NCBI GenBank assembly: GCA_964625765.1 | Contig: CAZVCS010000001.1 | Location: 1 to 45,977, forward strand | DNA length: 45,977 nt | Origin: an uncultured Dehalococcoidales bacterium | GTDB taxonomy: Bacteria; Chloroflexota; Dehalococcoidia; GIF9; AB-539-J10 | Direction: 5' to 3' | Shown here: in pieces, positions 8,677-17,698 of the stretch | Numbering within the stretch: position 1 is the stretch's first letter | How the letters are laid out: each line of letters starts with the position of its first letter | Notes under the pieces: model-generated | Seen by the model: only the letters and a program-made list of their open reading frames with translations | Databases searched by the model: none | What the model was told of the DNA's origin: nothing | Position numbers and translations under genes: made by a program

Positions 8677-9180
8677 TCACGCTATGCCGTCGCGCGACTC
8701 GAGAACCATTTCGGCAATCTTCCGCGCCGCGCCGCCGGGAACGCAACTGCAATGCTCGTAGCCGTTCAACCTTGCGAACTCCTTTGCGTCATCGGGGTTT
8801 GCCAGGTTCAACTCTCTGCCGAAACGCTGTCGAACGATGTCGCGACACATGACCGAACCGAACTCCTTCTCGAACCAGCGGCAGAACCTGCGCCCCCGGG
8901 ATATGGCATCCATGTAGCTCTGCATGTCCGCGGGGTCCTCACGGCCCCACACGATGCCGATGGCCATGAGCCCGGCTACGACAGCGCCGCACGTCTCCCC
9001 TCGCACAGCGATCCCGGGCATCGCCGTGGCGGCCCGGTACGTCAGGGTGTCTCCGATACCGAACATCTCCTGAAGCGCCCGAAGGCACCCCTGGGCACAG
9101 TTCCTGCCTTCGATCTCATAGGCAGCAGCCTTCCGCTGCACCTCGTCGAGTAGCTGCGCGTTCTTCGCATCGTCCGGCAT
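8677..9180 (-). CDS. C_GCAxxG_C_C family putative redox-active protein
   Basis: NCAQGCLRAL matches the C-GCAxxG-C-C signature, and later conserved Cys residues (ETCGAV, HCSC) are present. I chose the ATG at 9180 because a GGAGAGGAG sits about 10 nt upstream. The longer 9315 start looks like a non-coding extension. Confidence 0.75.
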   Translation of the reverse strand: MPDDAKNAQLLDEVQRKAAAYEIEGRNCAQGCLRALQEMFGIGDTLTYRAATAMPGIAVRGETCGAVVAGLMAIGIVWGREDPADMQSYMDAISRGRRFCRWFEKEFGSVMCRDIVRQRFGRELNLANPDDAKEFARLNGYEHCSCVPGGAARKIAEMVLESRDGIA

Positions 9181-9298
9181 CGTGTATTGACTCCTCTCCC
9201 CCGCGTTGCCTTCCGGCATACCGCACGTGTTGACCGGTGTACAGTATGGCAGGAACGGTCGCCCTTTTCGAGGCACGAAGGGGCGTTCGAGACACGTA

Positions 9299-9325
9299 TT
9301 GACACGATGCCGCACATACTATAAT
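9299..9325 (+). promoter_or_regulatory. Candidate promoter TTGACA-15 nt-TATAAT, about 270 nt upstream of ino1
   Basis: Perfect TTGACA at 9299-9304 and perfect TATAAT at 9320-9325. The 15-nt spacer is short, which lowers confidence. Confidence 0.4.
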
Positions 9326-9601
9326 GTAGGTAGCTTGTGCGGTTCTTCGGTCGGCCATCGGCTTGAAGGACGGTGGAGCTATCGCGTTGAGGTCACTTCG
9401 TGTGCTGCACGTCTCAACCACGCCTCAGGCAGCAGCCAGCACCGGTCTTTCGAGGAGAGCACGGCTGGCGCGAGGTCTGAATCACCCGGCGAGAATGGCC
9501 ATCGCAGATACGCACGCGCACACAGCGGCCCCAGGAGTGGGGCGCACCTGGATTGACTCGAGCGGATGCCTTTACAGCTAGCTAAGGAGGCGATACACGA
9601 C

Positions 9602-10726
9602 ATGGGTAGCGTCAATGTGGCAATCATAGGAGTGGGCAACTGCGCCTCGTCTTTCGTGCAGGGTGTCCACTACTACCGCGATGCGAGCGAGACGGATTTC
9701 GTGCCAGGTCTGATGCACGTCAACCTGGGCGGCTACCACGTCAGAGACATCAACTTCGTGGCAGCATTCGACATCGACAAGAACAAGGTGGGCAAGGACC
9801 TTTCGAAGGCCATCTATGCTCCGCCGAACAACACCTACAAGTTCTGTGACGTGCCGAAGTCCGGTGTGAAGGTCGAACGCGGCATGACGCACGACGGCCT
9901 GGGCAAGTATCTGTCGCAGGTCATCGAGAAGGCGCCCGGACCGACGGCCGACATCGTTGGCATCCTCAAGGAAACGAAGACCGATGTCGTGGTGAACTAC
10001 CTGCCGGTAGGCAGCGAGGAAGCCACGAAGTGGTATGTGGAGCAGGTGCTGGCCGCCGGTTGCGGCCTGGTCAACTGCATCCCGGTGTTCATCGGACGCG
10101 AGGCCTACTGGCAGAAGCGGTTCGCGGAGAAGGGCCTTCCGGTCATCGGAGACGATATCAAGTCGCAGGTCGGCGCTACCATCACCCACCGCGTCCTGAC
10201 GAAGCTCTTCCGGGACAGGGGTGTGAAGCTTGAGCGCACGTACCAGCTCAACTTCGGTGGCAACACCGACTTCCTGAACATGCTTGAGCGAGAGCGTCTC
10301 GAGTCCAAGAAGATCTCCAAGACAAACGCGGTGACGTCCCAGCTCGACTACGACCTTGGGCCGGACAATGTACACGTCGGCCCGAGCGATTACGTACCGT
10401 GGCTGCTCGACCGCAAGTTCTGCCACGTGCGCATGGAAGGTCGAACCTTCGGTGACGTCCCTCTGCTGCTCGAGATGAAGCTCGAGGTGTGGGACAGCCC
10501 GAACTCGGCTGGCGTCGTGATTGACGCCGTGCGTTGCTGCAAGCTGGCTCTGGATCGTGGCCTGTCGGGCACAATCGTCGGCCCTGCCTCCTACTTCATG
10601 AAGTCGCCGCCCATCCAGTACGGGGACGACGAGTGCCGACGCCGCACCGAGGAGTTCATCAGCAATCAGTGCCAGGAGGAGCCGGTGACTCTGCCCGCGC
10701 CCCTCGCTGGTGAGGCCAAGGTCTAG
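9602..10726 (+). CDS. ino1: myo-Inositol-1-phosphate (inositol-3-phosphate) synthase
   Basis: The N-terminal Rossmann motif [16 protein letters not shown] is present, and the length and overall pattern fit the prokaryotic MIPS family. An AAGGAGG lies 11 nt upstream of the ATG at 9602. Confidence 0.9.
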   Translation: MGSVNVAIIGVGNCASSFVQGVHYYRDASETDFVPGLMHVNLGGYHVRDINFVAAFDIDKNKVGKDLSKAIYAPPNNTYKFCDVPKSGVKVERGMTHDGLGKYLSQVIEKAPGPTADIVGILKETKTDVVVNYLPVGSEEATKWYVEQVLAAGCGLVNCIPVFIGREAYWQKRFAEKGLPVIGDDIKSQVGATITHRVLTKLFRDRGVKLERTYQLNFGGNTDFLNMLERERLESKKISKTNAVTSQLDYDLGPDNVHVGPSDYVPWLLDRKFCHVRMEGRTFGDVPLLLEMKLEVWDSPNSAGVVIDAVRCCKLALDRGLSGTIVGPASYFMKSPPIQYGDDECRRRTEEFISNQCQEEPVTLPAPLAGEAKV

Positions 10727-10753
10727 GAGCGGTTCGGGTCGGAAAGGAACTGC

Positions 10754-10776
10754 CGGGCCCGCACTATGCGGGCCCG
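10754..10776 (+). terminator. GC-rich hairpin immediately after ino1 (no T-tract)
   Basis: CGGGCCCGC-actat-GCGGGCCCG forms a 9-bp perfect stem. It covers the first in-frame ATG (10766) of the next ORF. Confidence 0.35.
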
Positions 10777-10780
10777 TTGC

Positions 10781-11377
10781 ATGTCAATCATGGCAAGAAG
10801 CCTTCAGGAGCGCAGAAGAGCGCTGGGAGCGAAGATAGCAACTCCGGTTGTCGGGGTTCTGCGGCGTCTTCCCGTTTCGCCCAACGCGCTGACCGTCGCT
10901 GGTGTCGTCGTTACGCTGATTGCCGCGTGGCTGGCTGCCGAGGGTCGATTCATCTCCTCCGGTCTCGTGCTGGGCGCGGCGGGGGTATTCGACCTGCTCG
11001 ACGGGGCCCTGGCGCGGGCAACCGGCCGGACCTCCCGGTTCGGCGCCATACTCGACTCGACGGGCGACAGGGTATCGGAGGCTGCGCTTCTGGCCGGCAT
11101 CTCGCTGTGGTTCGCCGCCCGCGGCGACATCGTCGCTCTCATCATCTGCGACGTGGCGCTGGTTGCCTCGCTGCTCGTCAGCTACATCCGGGCGCGAGGC
11201 GAGGGCATGGGAATCGAGTGTACCGCCGGTTTGTTTACACGCCCTGAGAGGGTTATAGTATTGGCGCTCGGTCTGTTGAGCGGCCTCGTGTTTGCCGCAG
11301 TCTGCATCGTGGCCTTCTTCGCCTCAGTGACCGTGGTACAGCGTCTGATCTATCTGTATCGCAAGGGAGTGGACTGA
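10781..11377 (+). CDS. CDP-alcohol phosphatidyltransferase, predicted phosphatidylinositol-phosphate synthase-like enzyme
   Basis: The CDP-alcohol PT motif is DLLDGALARATGRTSRFGAILDSTGDRVSEA, and the protein is multi-TM and hydrophobic. It is adjacent to ino1. The start is ambiguous (10766, 10781 or 10790). The stop overlaps the purA ATG (TGATG). Confidence 0.8.
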   Translation: MSIMARSLQERRRALGAKIATPVVGVLRRLPVSPNALTVAGVVVTLIAAWLAAEGRFISSGLVLGAAGVFDLLDGALARATGRTSRFGAILDSTGDRVSEAALLAGISLWFAARGDIVALIICDVALVASLLVSYIRARGEGMGIECTAGLFTRPERVIVLALGLLSGLVFAAVCIVAFFASVTVVQRLIYLYRKGVD

Positions 11378-12654
11378 TGCCAGTTGTTGCGCTCGTTGGT
11401 GGACAGTGGGGAGACGAGGGCAAGGGCAAGGTGATTGACTCCATCGCCGCCCGCGCAAACATGGTCATCCGATATGCGGGCGGCGACAACGCCGGCCACA
11501 CCACCGTGAACCCCTATGGCACGTTTCGACTGCATCTCATCCCGTCCGGCATCTTCTACGAGAACGTCCGCTGTGTCATCGGCAACGGCGTTGTCGTCAA
11601 CCCCGCGGTGCTCCTCCGTGAGATAGCGGAACTGAAGGAGCACGGCGTCAGCGCCGACAAGTTGCTTGTGAGCGACCGCGCTCACCTCATCATGCCATAC
11701 CACACGCTCCTGGACCGGCTCGAAGAGGAAAGGCGCGGCCATGGCGCCATCGGGACCACCCAGCGAGGCATCGGGCCGGCCTTCGTCGACAAGGTTGCGC
11801 GCACAGGCCTTCGGGTGGGAGACCTGCTGTACCCCGGTGAGTTCCGGAAGCGGCTCGAATACGTGATGGAGCAGAAGAACGCGCTGCTGGCATCGATGTA
11901 CGGTCACCCCATGCTCCCGGTGGATGAGATCTACGGACAGTACATCTCCTACGCGGAACAGCTACGGGACCGCATCGCCGATACGCTGCCCATCGTCCAC
12001 GAAGCCATACGGCGCGGCGACATGGTCCTGCTTGAAGGGGCTCAGGGCGCACTGCTCGACACAGACCTCGGCACGTATCCATTTGTGACGTCGTCATCCC
12101 CCCTGGCCGGAGGCGCCACGACCGGTAGCGGCATCGGTCCAACAGCCATCGACAGCGTCATCGGCGTCTTCAAGGCCTATGCCACACGTGTCGGCGGCGG
12201 CCCGATGCCGACGGAGCTCAAGGACGAGATGGGCCAGTTCATCAGAGAGAAGGCAGGGGAGTACGGCGCCACTACCGGCCGCCCGCGACGGTGCGGCTGG
12301 TTCGATGCGGTCGCCGGCAGGTTCAGCGTCCTCATCAACGGCATGACCGAGGTTGCGCTGACGCACCTCGACATATTCGACGGATTCTCCTCCATCAAGG
12401 TGTGCACCGGCTACCGCGTCGGCAACAAGGTGCTGACGGAGTTCCCCCCAAGAGTGGAGACGGTCGCCGAATGCCAGCCGGTGTACGAAGAGTTCCCTGG
12501 TTGGTCGGAGTGCACAGAAGACGTCGACTGCTTCGCGGCGCTGCCCGTCAACGCCCAGGCGTACATCCGCACGGTTGCCCGCCTGCTCGGCTGCACCGTC
12601 TCGCTTGTGTCAATGGGACCGAAGCGCGAGCAAATGATCGAGGTCAGGCTCTAG
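11377..12654 (+). CDS. purA: Adenylosuccinate synthetase
   Basis: The N-terminus GGQWGDEGKGKVID and the motif GTTQRGIGPA are present. The length is typical of PurA. Confidence 0.95.
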   Translation: MPVVALVGGQWGDEGKGKVIDSIAARANMVIRYAGGDNAGHTTVNPYGTFRLHLIPSGIFYENVRCVIGNGVVVNPAVLLREIAELKEHGVSADKLLVSDRAHLIMPYHTLLDRLEEERRGHGAIGTTQRGIGPAFVDKVARTGLRVGDLLYPGEFRKRLEYVMEQKNALLASMYGHPMLPVDEIYGQYISYAEQLRDRIADTLPIVHEAIRRGDMVLLEGAQGALLDTDLGTYPFVTSSSPLAGGATTGSGIGPTAIDSVIGVFKAYATRVGGGPMPTELKDEMGQFIREKAGEYGATTGRPRRCGWFDAVAGRFSVLINGMTEVALTHLDIFDGFSSIKVCTGYRVGNKVLTEFPPRVETVAECQPVYEEFPGWSECTEDVDCFAALPVNAQAYIRTVARLLGCTVSLVSMGPKREQMIEVRL

Positions 12655-12665
12655 GAGCCTGACCT
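12641..12665. terminator. Perfect 11-bp hairpin at the purA stop, between convergent purA and dapA
   Basis: AGGTCAGGCTC-tag-GAGCCTGACCT, where the TAG loop is the purA stop codon. It is followed by CGTCTCTCTTCC. It could terminate transcription in both directions. Confidence 0.5.
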
Positions 12666-12705
12666 CGTCTCTCTTCCGCGCGACGGGGTCTGAACGCCAC
12701 CGTCA

Positions 12706-13605
12706 CTATCTGGCCGGGATCGGCAGATCGATGGTGTGCTTCTTCAGGGTCGCGAGTATCTTCTCGGCCGTCTTCTCGTCGGGTTCGCACAGCGGCAGAC
12801 GCACCGGGCCGACCTGAAAGCCGAGGTGATTCATGGCGAACTTGAGCGGGATAGGGTTTGCGACCAGGAACATCGCATCGACGAGCGGCAACAGACGCCG
12901 ATGGATGGCTGCCGCTTCCAGGAACTTGCCGGCCAGGAGCTTGTTCATCATGTCCTTCGTCTGCAGACCAACGAGGTGCGTGATGACACCGACGACTCCG
13001 TAGCCGCCCATGGCCATGAGCGGGAAGGTGTCCCCGTCATTGCCGCTGTACACCAGGAACCCCGGCTCTACTCCTTCGATAATCTCGGCTATCTGCCGGA
13101 AGTTGGCGCTGGCTTCCTTCACGGCAACGATGTTGCCAATCTTGCTGAGGCGTATGACCGTCTCAGAAGCCATGTTGCTGGACGTCCTCGAAGGCACGTT
13201 GTAGAGGATGCACGGCAGCGTCGTGGCCTCGGCGATGGCGCTGAAGTGACGGAAGATGCCCTCCTGTGTCGGCCGGTTATAGTACGGCACGACCAGAAGG
13301 CAGCCGTCAACCCCCAGCTTCTCGGCTTCCTTCGTGAAGTGAATGCTCTCGCGGGTGTTGTAGTTGCCTGTGCCCGCAATGACCGTGCCCTGGCCGCCCA
13401 ACTCGGCCTTGACCTCGGCGAACAGCCGCAGTTTCTCGTCAGTCGTCAGCGTCGGCGACTCCCCTGTCGTGCCGGACACGAGAATGCCGTCGCTTCCCGA
13501 CTTCATGAGTGCACGCGCGAGCTTCCGTGCCTGCGCGTAATCAACCTCTCCCTTCGCGTCGAAAGGCGTCACCATGGCAGTCAGGAGTCTTCCGAACTTC
13601 GGCAT
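12706..13605 (-). CDS. dapA: 4-hydroxy-tetrahydrodipicolinate synthase
   Basis: TAMVTPF and VSGTTGESPTLT motifs are present. I chose the ATG at 13605, directly after the asd stop. The ORF-track 13674 start would overlap asd. Confidence 0.93.
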   Translation of the reverse strand: MPKFGRLLTAMVTPFDAKGEVDYAQARKLARALMKSGSDGILVSGTTGESPTLTTDEKLRLFAEVKAELGGQGTVIAGTGNYNTRESIHFTKEAEKLGVDGCLLVVPYYNRPTQEGIFRHFSAIAEATTLPCILYNVPSRTSSNMASETVIRLSKIGNIVAVKEASANFRQIAEIIEGVEPGFLVYSGNDGDTFPLMAMGGYGVVGVITHLVGLQTKDMMNKLLAGKFLEAAAIHRRLLPLVDAMFLVANPIPLKFAMNHLGFQVGPVRLPLCEPDEKTAEKILATLKKHTIDLPIPAR

Positions 13606-13606
13606 C

Positions 13607-14653
13607 TCAGGCCCTCCTCTTCTTGGACTTGATCCAGTCTCTCCGAAGCCCCTCTTCGATAATCTGGACGGCATTCAGAGCAGCACCCTTCCGCAGATTG
13701 TCACAGACGACCCACATCGAGAGCGAGTTGGACCGGGACATGTCCCGGCGAATGCGGCCGACGAAGACGTGATTCAGTCCGCTTGCCGCCCACGGCTGCG
13801 GGTAGAAACTCACGCTCGGGTCGTCGAGAATACGGACGCCGGGCGCCTGAGCCAGCAGCCGCCGCGCCTCGTCCGGCGTGATGGCCGAGTCGAACTCCAC
13901 ATTGACCGCCTGGCTCTGGCCAAAGTAGACCGGGACACGAACGCACGTGGCGGACACTCCGATGGCATCGTTCTGCAGTAGCCGCCGGGTCTCCTCGACG
14001 ATCCTCCACTCCTCTTTGGTGTAGCCGTTGTCAAGAAAGACGTCTATCTCCGGCAGGACGTTGAACGCAATCTGATGCGAGTACATATGCGGACACACAC
14101 GCCGGCCCTCGAGCACTCGCTTCGCCTGTGCTGTCAACTCCTTCAGTGCAGCAGCGGTACCGCTGCAGGACACCGGTTGATAGGTGCTCACAACGATGCG
14201 CTTAATCGGATTGACCGAATGCAGCGGGAAGAGCGCGACGACGAGCTGGATGGTCGAACAGCCGGGATTGCCCAGCAGGCCCTTATGCCGGCCGATATCC
14301 TCGGCGTTGACCTCAGGCACAACAAGAGGGACCGCCTGGTCGGAGACCGTGAGGCCGCTGTCGTCTACTACCAGCGCACCAGCCTGGAGTGCCGCCGGTA
14401 TCAGTCGTCTGCTCGAGTCAGCACCATCGCAGAAGAACGCTACGTCGATACTTCGGAACGACTCGGCGGTGGCTTCTTCGACGTCGAGGCGCTCGTGGCT
14501 GAAGAAGTACTCCGTCCCCTGGTTGCGCTCTGAATCGAACAGCCGCACCGATGTCGCCGGGAAACGGCGCTCCTCAAGGATCTTGAGAAGCTCCTGCCCG
14601 ACCAGTCCCTCAGCACCGACTATCGCGACATCAACGCTGTCCATCGCCCTCAC
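13607..14653 (-). CDS. asd: Aspartate-semialdehyde dehydrogenase
   Basis: VAIVGAEGLVGQELL and GNPGCSTIQL (active-site Cys) are present, in a dap context. The GTG at 14653 overlaps the dapB stop (GTGA). An ATG at 14644 is an alternative start. Confidence 0.93.
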   Translation of the reverse strand: MRAMDSVDVAIVGAEGLVGQELLKILEERRFPATSVRLFDSERNQGTEYFFSHERLDVEEATAESFRSIDVAFFCDGADSSRRLIPAALQAGALVVDDSGLTVSDQAVPLVVPEVNAEDIGRHKGLLGNPGCSTIQLVVALFPLHSVNPIKRIVVSTYQPVSCSGTAAALKELTAQAKRVLEGRRVCPHMYSHQIAFNVLPEIDVFLDNGYTKEEWRIVEETRRLLQNDAIGVSATCVRVPVYFGQSQAVNVEFDSAITPDEARRLLAQAPGVRILDDPSVSFYPQPWAASGLNHVFVGRIRRDMSRSNSLSMWVVCDNLRKGAALNAVQIIEEGLRRDWIKSKKRRA

Positions 14654-15444
14654 AGGCCCATCAGCTCATCAAGTCCGACGACGAGTTCGCACCTCTTGAC
14701 GACTTCGTTGATTGCCAGGATGACGCCGGGAGTGTACGACTCACGGCTGAAGGTATCGTGCCTCAGCACCAGTGTCTGTCCCTTGCCCCCGAAGATGACC
14801 TCCTGCGAGGCCATGAGGCCCGGCATGCGGACACTGTGGATGGCTATGCCCTCCGTCTCGCCGCCCCTCACGCCGGACAGCACCTCCTTCTCGGTCGGAG
14901 GATACACGAATCGGGTCCCGCGCGCACCGGCCATCAGCCGGGCCGTTGCCAGCGCGGTGCCGGATGGCGCATCGAGCTTCTTGTCGTGATGCATCTCGAT
15001 GATTTCGGCATTGGAGAAGAACCGGGAAGCGGTCGCCGCGAGATGCATGAGGAGGACGGCGCCAAGCGAGAAGTTGGCCGCCACCACAGTCCCGACCCCG
15101 TTCTGGCGGCACAAGGCGCGGATCTCCTCGACATCCGCCTCGGAGAGACCGGTCGTGCCGATCACCATGCGTATCTTGAGAGGCAACGCGATGCGGGCGG
15201 TCTCCATCGATACCTGCGCGCGCGTGAAGTCGACGATGACGTCAGGACACGCTCGCTCGACTAGAGCTCCCAGGTTGGAGGAGAAGGGGATAAGGTTGGG
15301 ATACTCGGGCGCAGGCAGGTACTGCTGCGAGACGTTCACATCCACCGCGCCCACGAGTCGCAGCTCGGGCTCTGACAGCACTGCCCGCGTGACTTCCTGC
15401 CCGACCCTCCCCAGAGCGCCGTTCACCACAACACGTATAGGCAC
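14650..15444 (-). CDS. dapB: 4-hydroxy-tetrahydrodipicolinate reductase
   Basis: IRVVVNGALGRVG and EIIEMHHDKKLDAPSGTA motifs are present. I prefer the GTG at 15444, which has a GGGAGG 6 nt upstream, over the ORF-track GTG at 15480. Confidence 0.9.
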   Translation of the reverse strand: MPIRVVVNGALGRVGQEVTRAVLSEPELRLVGAVDVNVSQQYLPAPEYPNLIPFSSNLGALVERACPDVIVDFTRAQVSMETARIALPLKIRMVIGTTGLSEADVEEIRALCRQNGVGTVVAANFSLGAVLLMHLAATASRFFSNAEIIEMHHDKKLDAPSGTALATARLMAGARGTRFVYPPTEKEVLSGVRGGETEGIAIHSVRMPGLMASQEVIFGGKGQTLVLRHDTFSRESYTPGVILAINEVVKRCELVVGLDELMGL

Positions 15445-15492
15445 AGCAGACCTCCCAGAACGAGACTCCGCTGCCTGCACTATCGCTGCAGG

Positions 15493-17697
15493 CTAGCTAT
15501 CGTGTCCCGAGAAACCTCTGGGCCGGTCGTGCGGCCGGGGGCGGGGTGGACGGGATGGTGGCCCCTGGCGAGGAGGCCGCGACGAAGGTGGACCCGAGCG
15601 TCTCGGTTCAACATCGTCCGAAGCGCCGGCAAACGCGGCCCGGCGAGAGAGATTGATGCGCCCAAGGCTGTCAATCTCGATGACCTTCACTGTGACTTCG
15701 TCGCCTACCTGCACCTCATCCTGCACCGTGGGAACACGGTGGTCAGCGAGCTCGCTGATATGCACGAGGCCTTCTTTGCCAGGGAGTATCTCGACCATGG
15801 CGCCGAAGTCGAAGATGCGCGTCACCTTGCCCGTATACAGCTCTCCGACCTTTGCCTCGCGGGTGAGGTCCTCAACCATCTTGACGGCCTTGCGGGTGGC
15901 CTCTTCGCTCGGTGAGCCGATCATGACTCGCCCGTCGTTCTTGACGTCGATGGTCGTCTTCGTCTCTTCGATGATGGCGCGGATGTTCCGCCCGCCGGGA
16001 CCGATGAGGGCGCCGATCTTCTCGACGTCGATCTTCAACTCGAGCACGCGCGGGGCGTAAGGACTCAGCTCGGCCCGGCTCTGGCTGATGGTCTCAGCCA
16101 TCTTCGCAAGGATGAACAGGCGGGCGTCGTGCGCCTGCGCCATAGCCTCGCCGAGGATGCTCAAGGCAATGCCGGTCATCTTGATATCGAGCTGCAGCGC
16201 GGTGATGCCCTTGGCCGTGCCGGCAACCTTGAAGTCCATGTCGCCGAGCGCGTCCTCCATGCCCTCGATGTCCGTAAGGATGACGCGCGAGCCGTCCTCG
16301 CCGGTGATGACACCCATGGCAACGCCGGCCACCGGCGCCTTGATAGGCACTCCGGCATCCATCAGGGAGAGGGTGGAACCGCACACGCTCGCCATGGAGG
16401 AGCTGCCGTTCGAGCTGAGAATCTCAGACACGAGCCGGATGGTGTAGGGGAACTCCTCCTCGCTGGGGAGCACCGGGGCAATAGCGCGCTCAGCAAGTGC
16501 GCCGTGACCGATCTCTCTCCGGCCAGGCATGCGAAGCCGCCGCACCTCGCCGGTCGAGAACGGAGGGAAGTTGTAGTGGTGCATGAACCGCTTGGTCTCA
16601 GCCAGGCCGAGACCGTCGAGCAACTGCTCCTGCCGTTCCGAGCCAAGCGTCGTGATGGTCAGTGCCTGAGTCTGGCCGCGCGTGAACAGCCCGGACCCGT
16701 GCGTGCAGGGAAGCACCCCGACTTCGGTCGTGATGGGACGAATCTCGTCGGAGCGTCGACCATCGACATGCCGGTGGGTGCGAAGGATGTGCTGGCGCAC
16801 GTGCTTGCGAAGCTGTGCGTCATACACGTATACGACTTCCTCTTCGGGGTACTTCTCGCTCCAGGCCGTCAGCACCTGAGCGCGGATGGCGTCGAGAGCG
16901 GAGGCCCGGGCGCCCTTGTCCGGCTCCTCAAGAGCGGAGCGCAGCTTCGACGACAGCGCCTCGGACACGCCGGCCACCAGGTCCGCCGGAGGCTCGTATG
17001 GAGTCACTGTCAACTTGGGGTGACCGCACTTCGCCTGCAATTCTTCCTGCAGCGCCAGGATCTCCTGGTTTGCCTTGTGACCGAACTGGATGGCCTCCAG
17101 CATGGTCTCTTCCGCAATCTCGCTTGCCCCCGCCTCCACCATAACCACCGCTTCCCGCGTGCTGCCAACGACTATGTTGAGCTGGCTTGTCTCCATGGAC
17201 GCCATACCGGGATTGAGGACAAGCTGGCCGTCGATGTAGCCGACGTGAACCGCGGAGACCGGGCCGGAGAACGGAATCTCGGAGATGCACAGAGCAGCGG
17301 AGGCCCCAATGAGGGCACAGGTGTCGGGGTTGTTCTCTTTGTCGGCGGACAGGACTGTGGCGACCACCTGGGTCTCTCGTCCAAACCGCTTTGAAAGCAG
17401 CGGACGCAGGCACCGGTCCACCAGGCGGGCAACGAGGGTCGCGGGGTCGCTCGGACGACCCTCCCGTCTAATGAAACTGCCGGGGATCTTCCCGGCAGCG
17501 TAGAGCTTCTCTTCGTAGTCCACCGTCAGTGGGACGAAATCCATCCCGCCCACGGTTTCCGCGGCGGCACACACGGTCACGAGGACAACGGTGTCGCCGT
17601 ACCGGGCAACGACCGACGCATTTGCCTGCTGCGCCAGTCGACCGGTCTCGAGACTGAGGTTCCTCCCAGCCACCGGACGCTGCACCAGAGAGACCAT
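15493..17697 (-). CDS. pnp: Polyribonucleotide nucleotidyltransferase (PNPase) with an Arg/Pro-rich C-terminal tail
   Basis: Two RNase PH domains, a KH domain (IGPGGRNIRAI) and an S1 domain (GKVTRIFDFGAMVE) are recognisable. It lies directly downstream of rpsO. Confidence 0.97.
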   Translation of the reverse strand: MVSLVQRPVAGRNLSLETGRLAQQANASVVARYGDTVVLVTVCAAAETVGGMDFVPLTVDYEEKLYAAGKIPGSFIRREGRPSDPATLVARLVDRCLRPLLSKRFGRETQVVATVLSADKENNPDTCALIGASAALCISEIPFSGPVSAVHVGYIDGQLVLNPGMASMETSQLNIVVGSTREAVVMVEAGASEIAEETMLEAIQFGHKANQEILALQEELQAKCGHPKLTVTPYEPPADLVAGVSEALSSKLRSALEEPDKGARASALDAIRAQVLTAWSEKYPEEEVVYVYDAQLRKHVRQHILRTHRHVDGRRSDEIRPITTEVGVLPCTHGSGLFTRGQTQALTITTLGSERQEQLLDGLGLAETKRFMHHYNFPPFSTGEVRRLRMPGRREIGHGALAERAIAPVLPSEEEFPYTIRLVSEILSSNGSSSMASVCGSTLSLMDAGVPIKAPVAGVAMGVITGEDGSRVILTDIEGMEDALGDMDFKVAGTAKGITALQLDIKMTGIALSILGEAMAQAHDARLFILAKMAETISQSRAELSPYAPRVLELKIDVEKIGALIGPGGRNIRAIIEETKTTIDVKNDGRVMIGSPSEEATRKAVKMVEDLTREAKVGELYTGKVTRIFDFGAMVEILPGKEGLVHISELADHRVPTVQDEVQVGDEVTVKVIEIDSLGRINLSRRAAFAGASDDVEPRRSGPPSSRPPRQGPPSRPPRPRPHDRPRGFSGHDS

Positions 17698-17698
17698 G

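Noticed and set aside
7624-9153. 509-aa ORF on the plus strand spanning the crotonase and C_GCAxxG_C_C region
   Set aside because: It is antisense to three well-supported minus-strand genes. The translation is low-complexity and Arg-rich.
9206-9556. 116-aa ORF (and a 72-aa ORF at 9363..9581) inside the large intergenic region
   Set aside because: Both have an Arg/Ser/Gly-rich, non-protein-like composition, no SD and no recognisable fold signals. I treat the region as regulatory or non-coding.
9326-9601. Possible known riboswitch or sRNA (B12, TPP, SAM, c-di-GMP, ZTP, 6S) in the ino1 leader
   Set aside because: I could not find the diagnostic conserved cores of these classes by eye, such as the B12 box, the CTGAGA...ACCTGA of TPP, or a long 6S-like irregular hairpin. 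I keep it only as an unclassified leader.
16129-17394. 421-aa ORF on the plus strand
   Set aside because: It is antisense to pnp and has no motifs.
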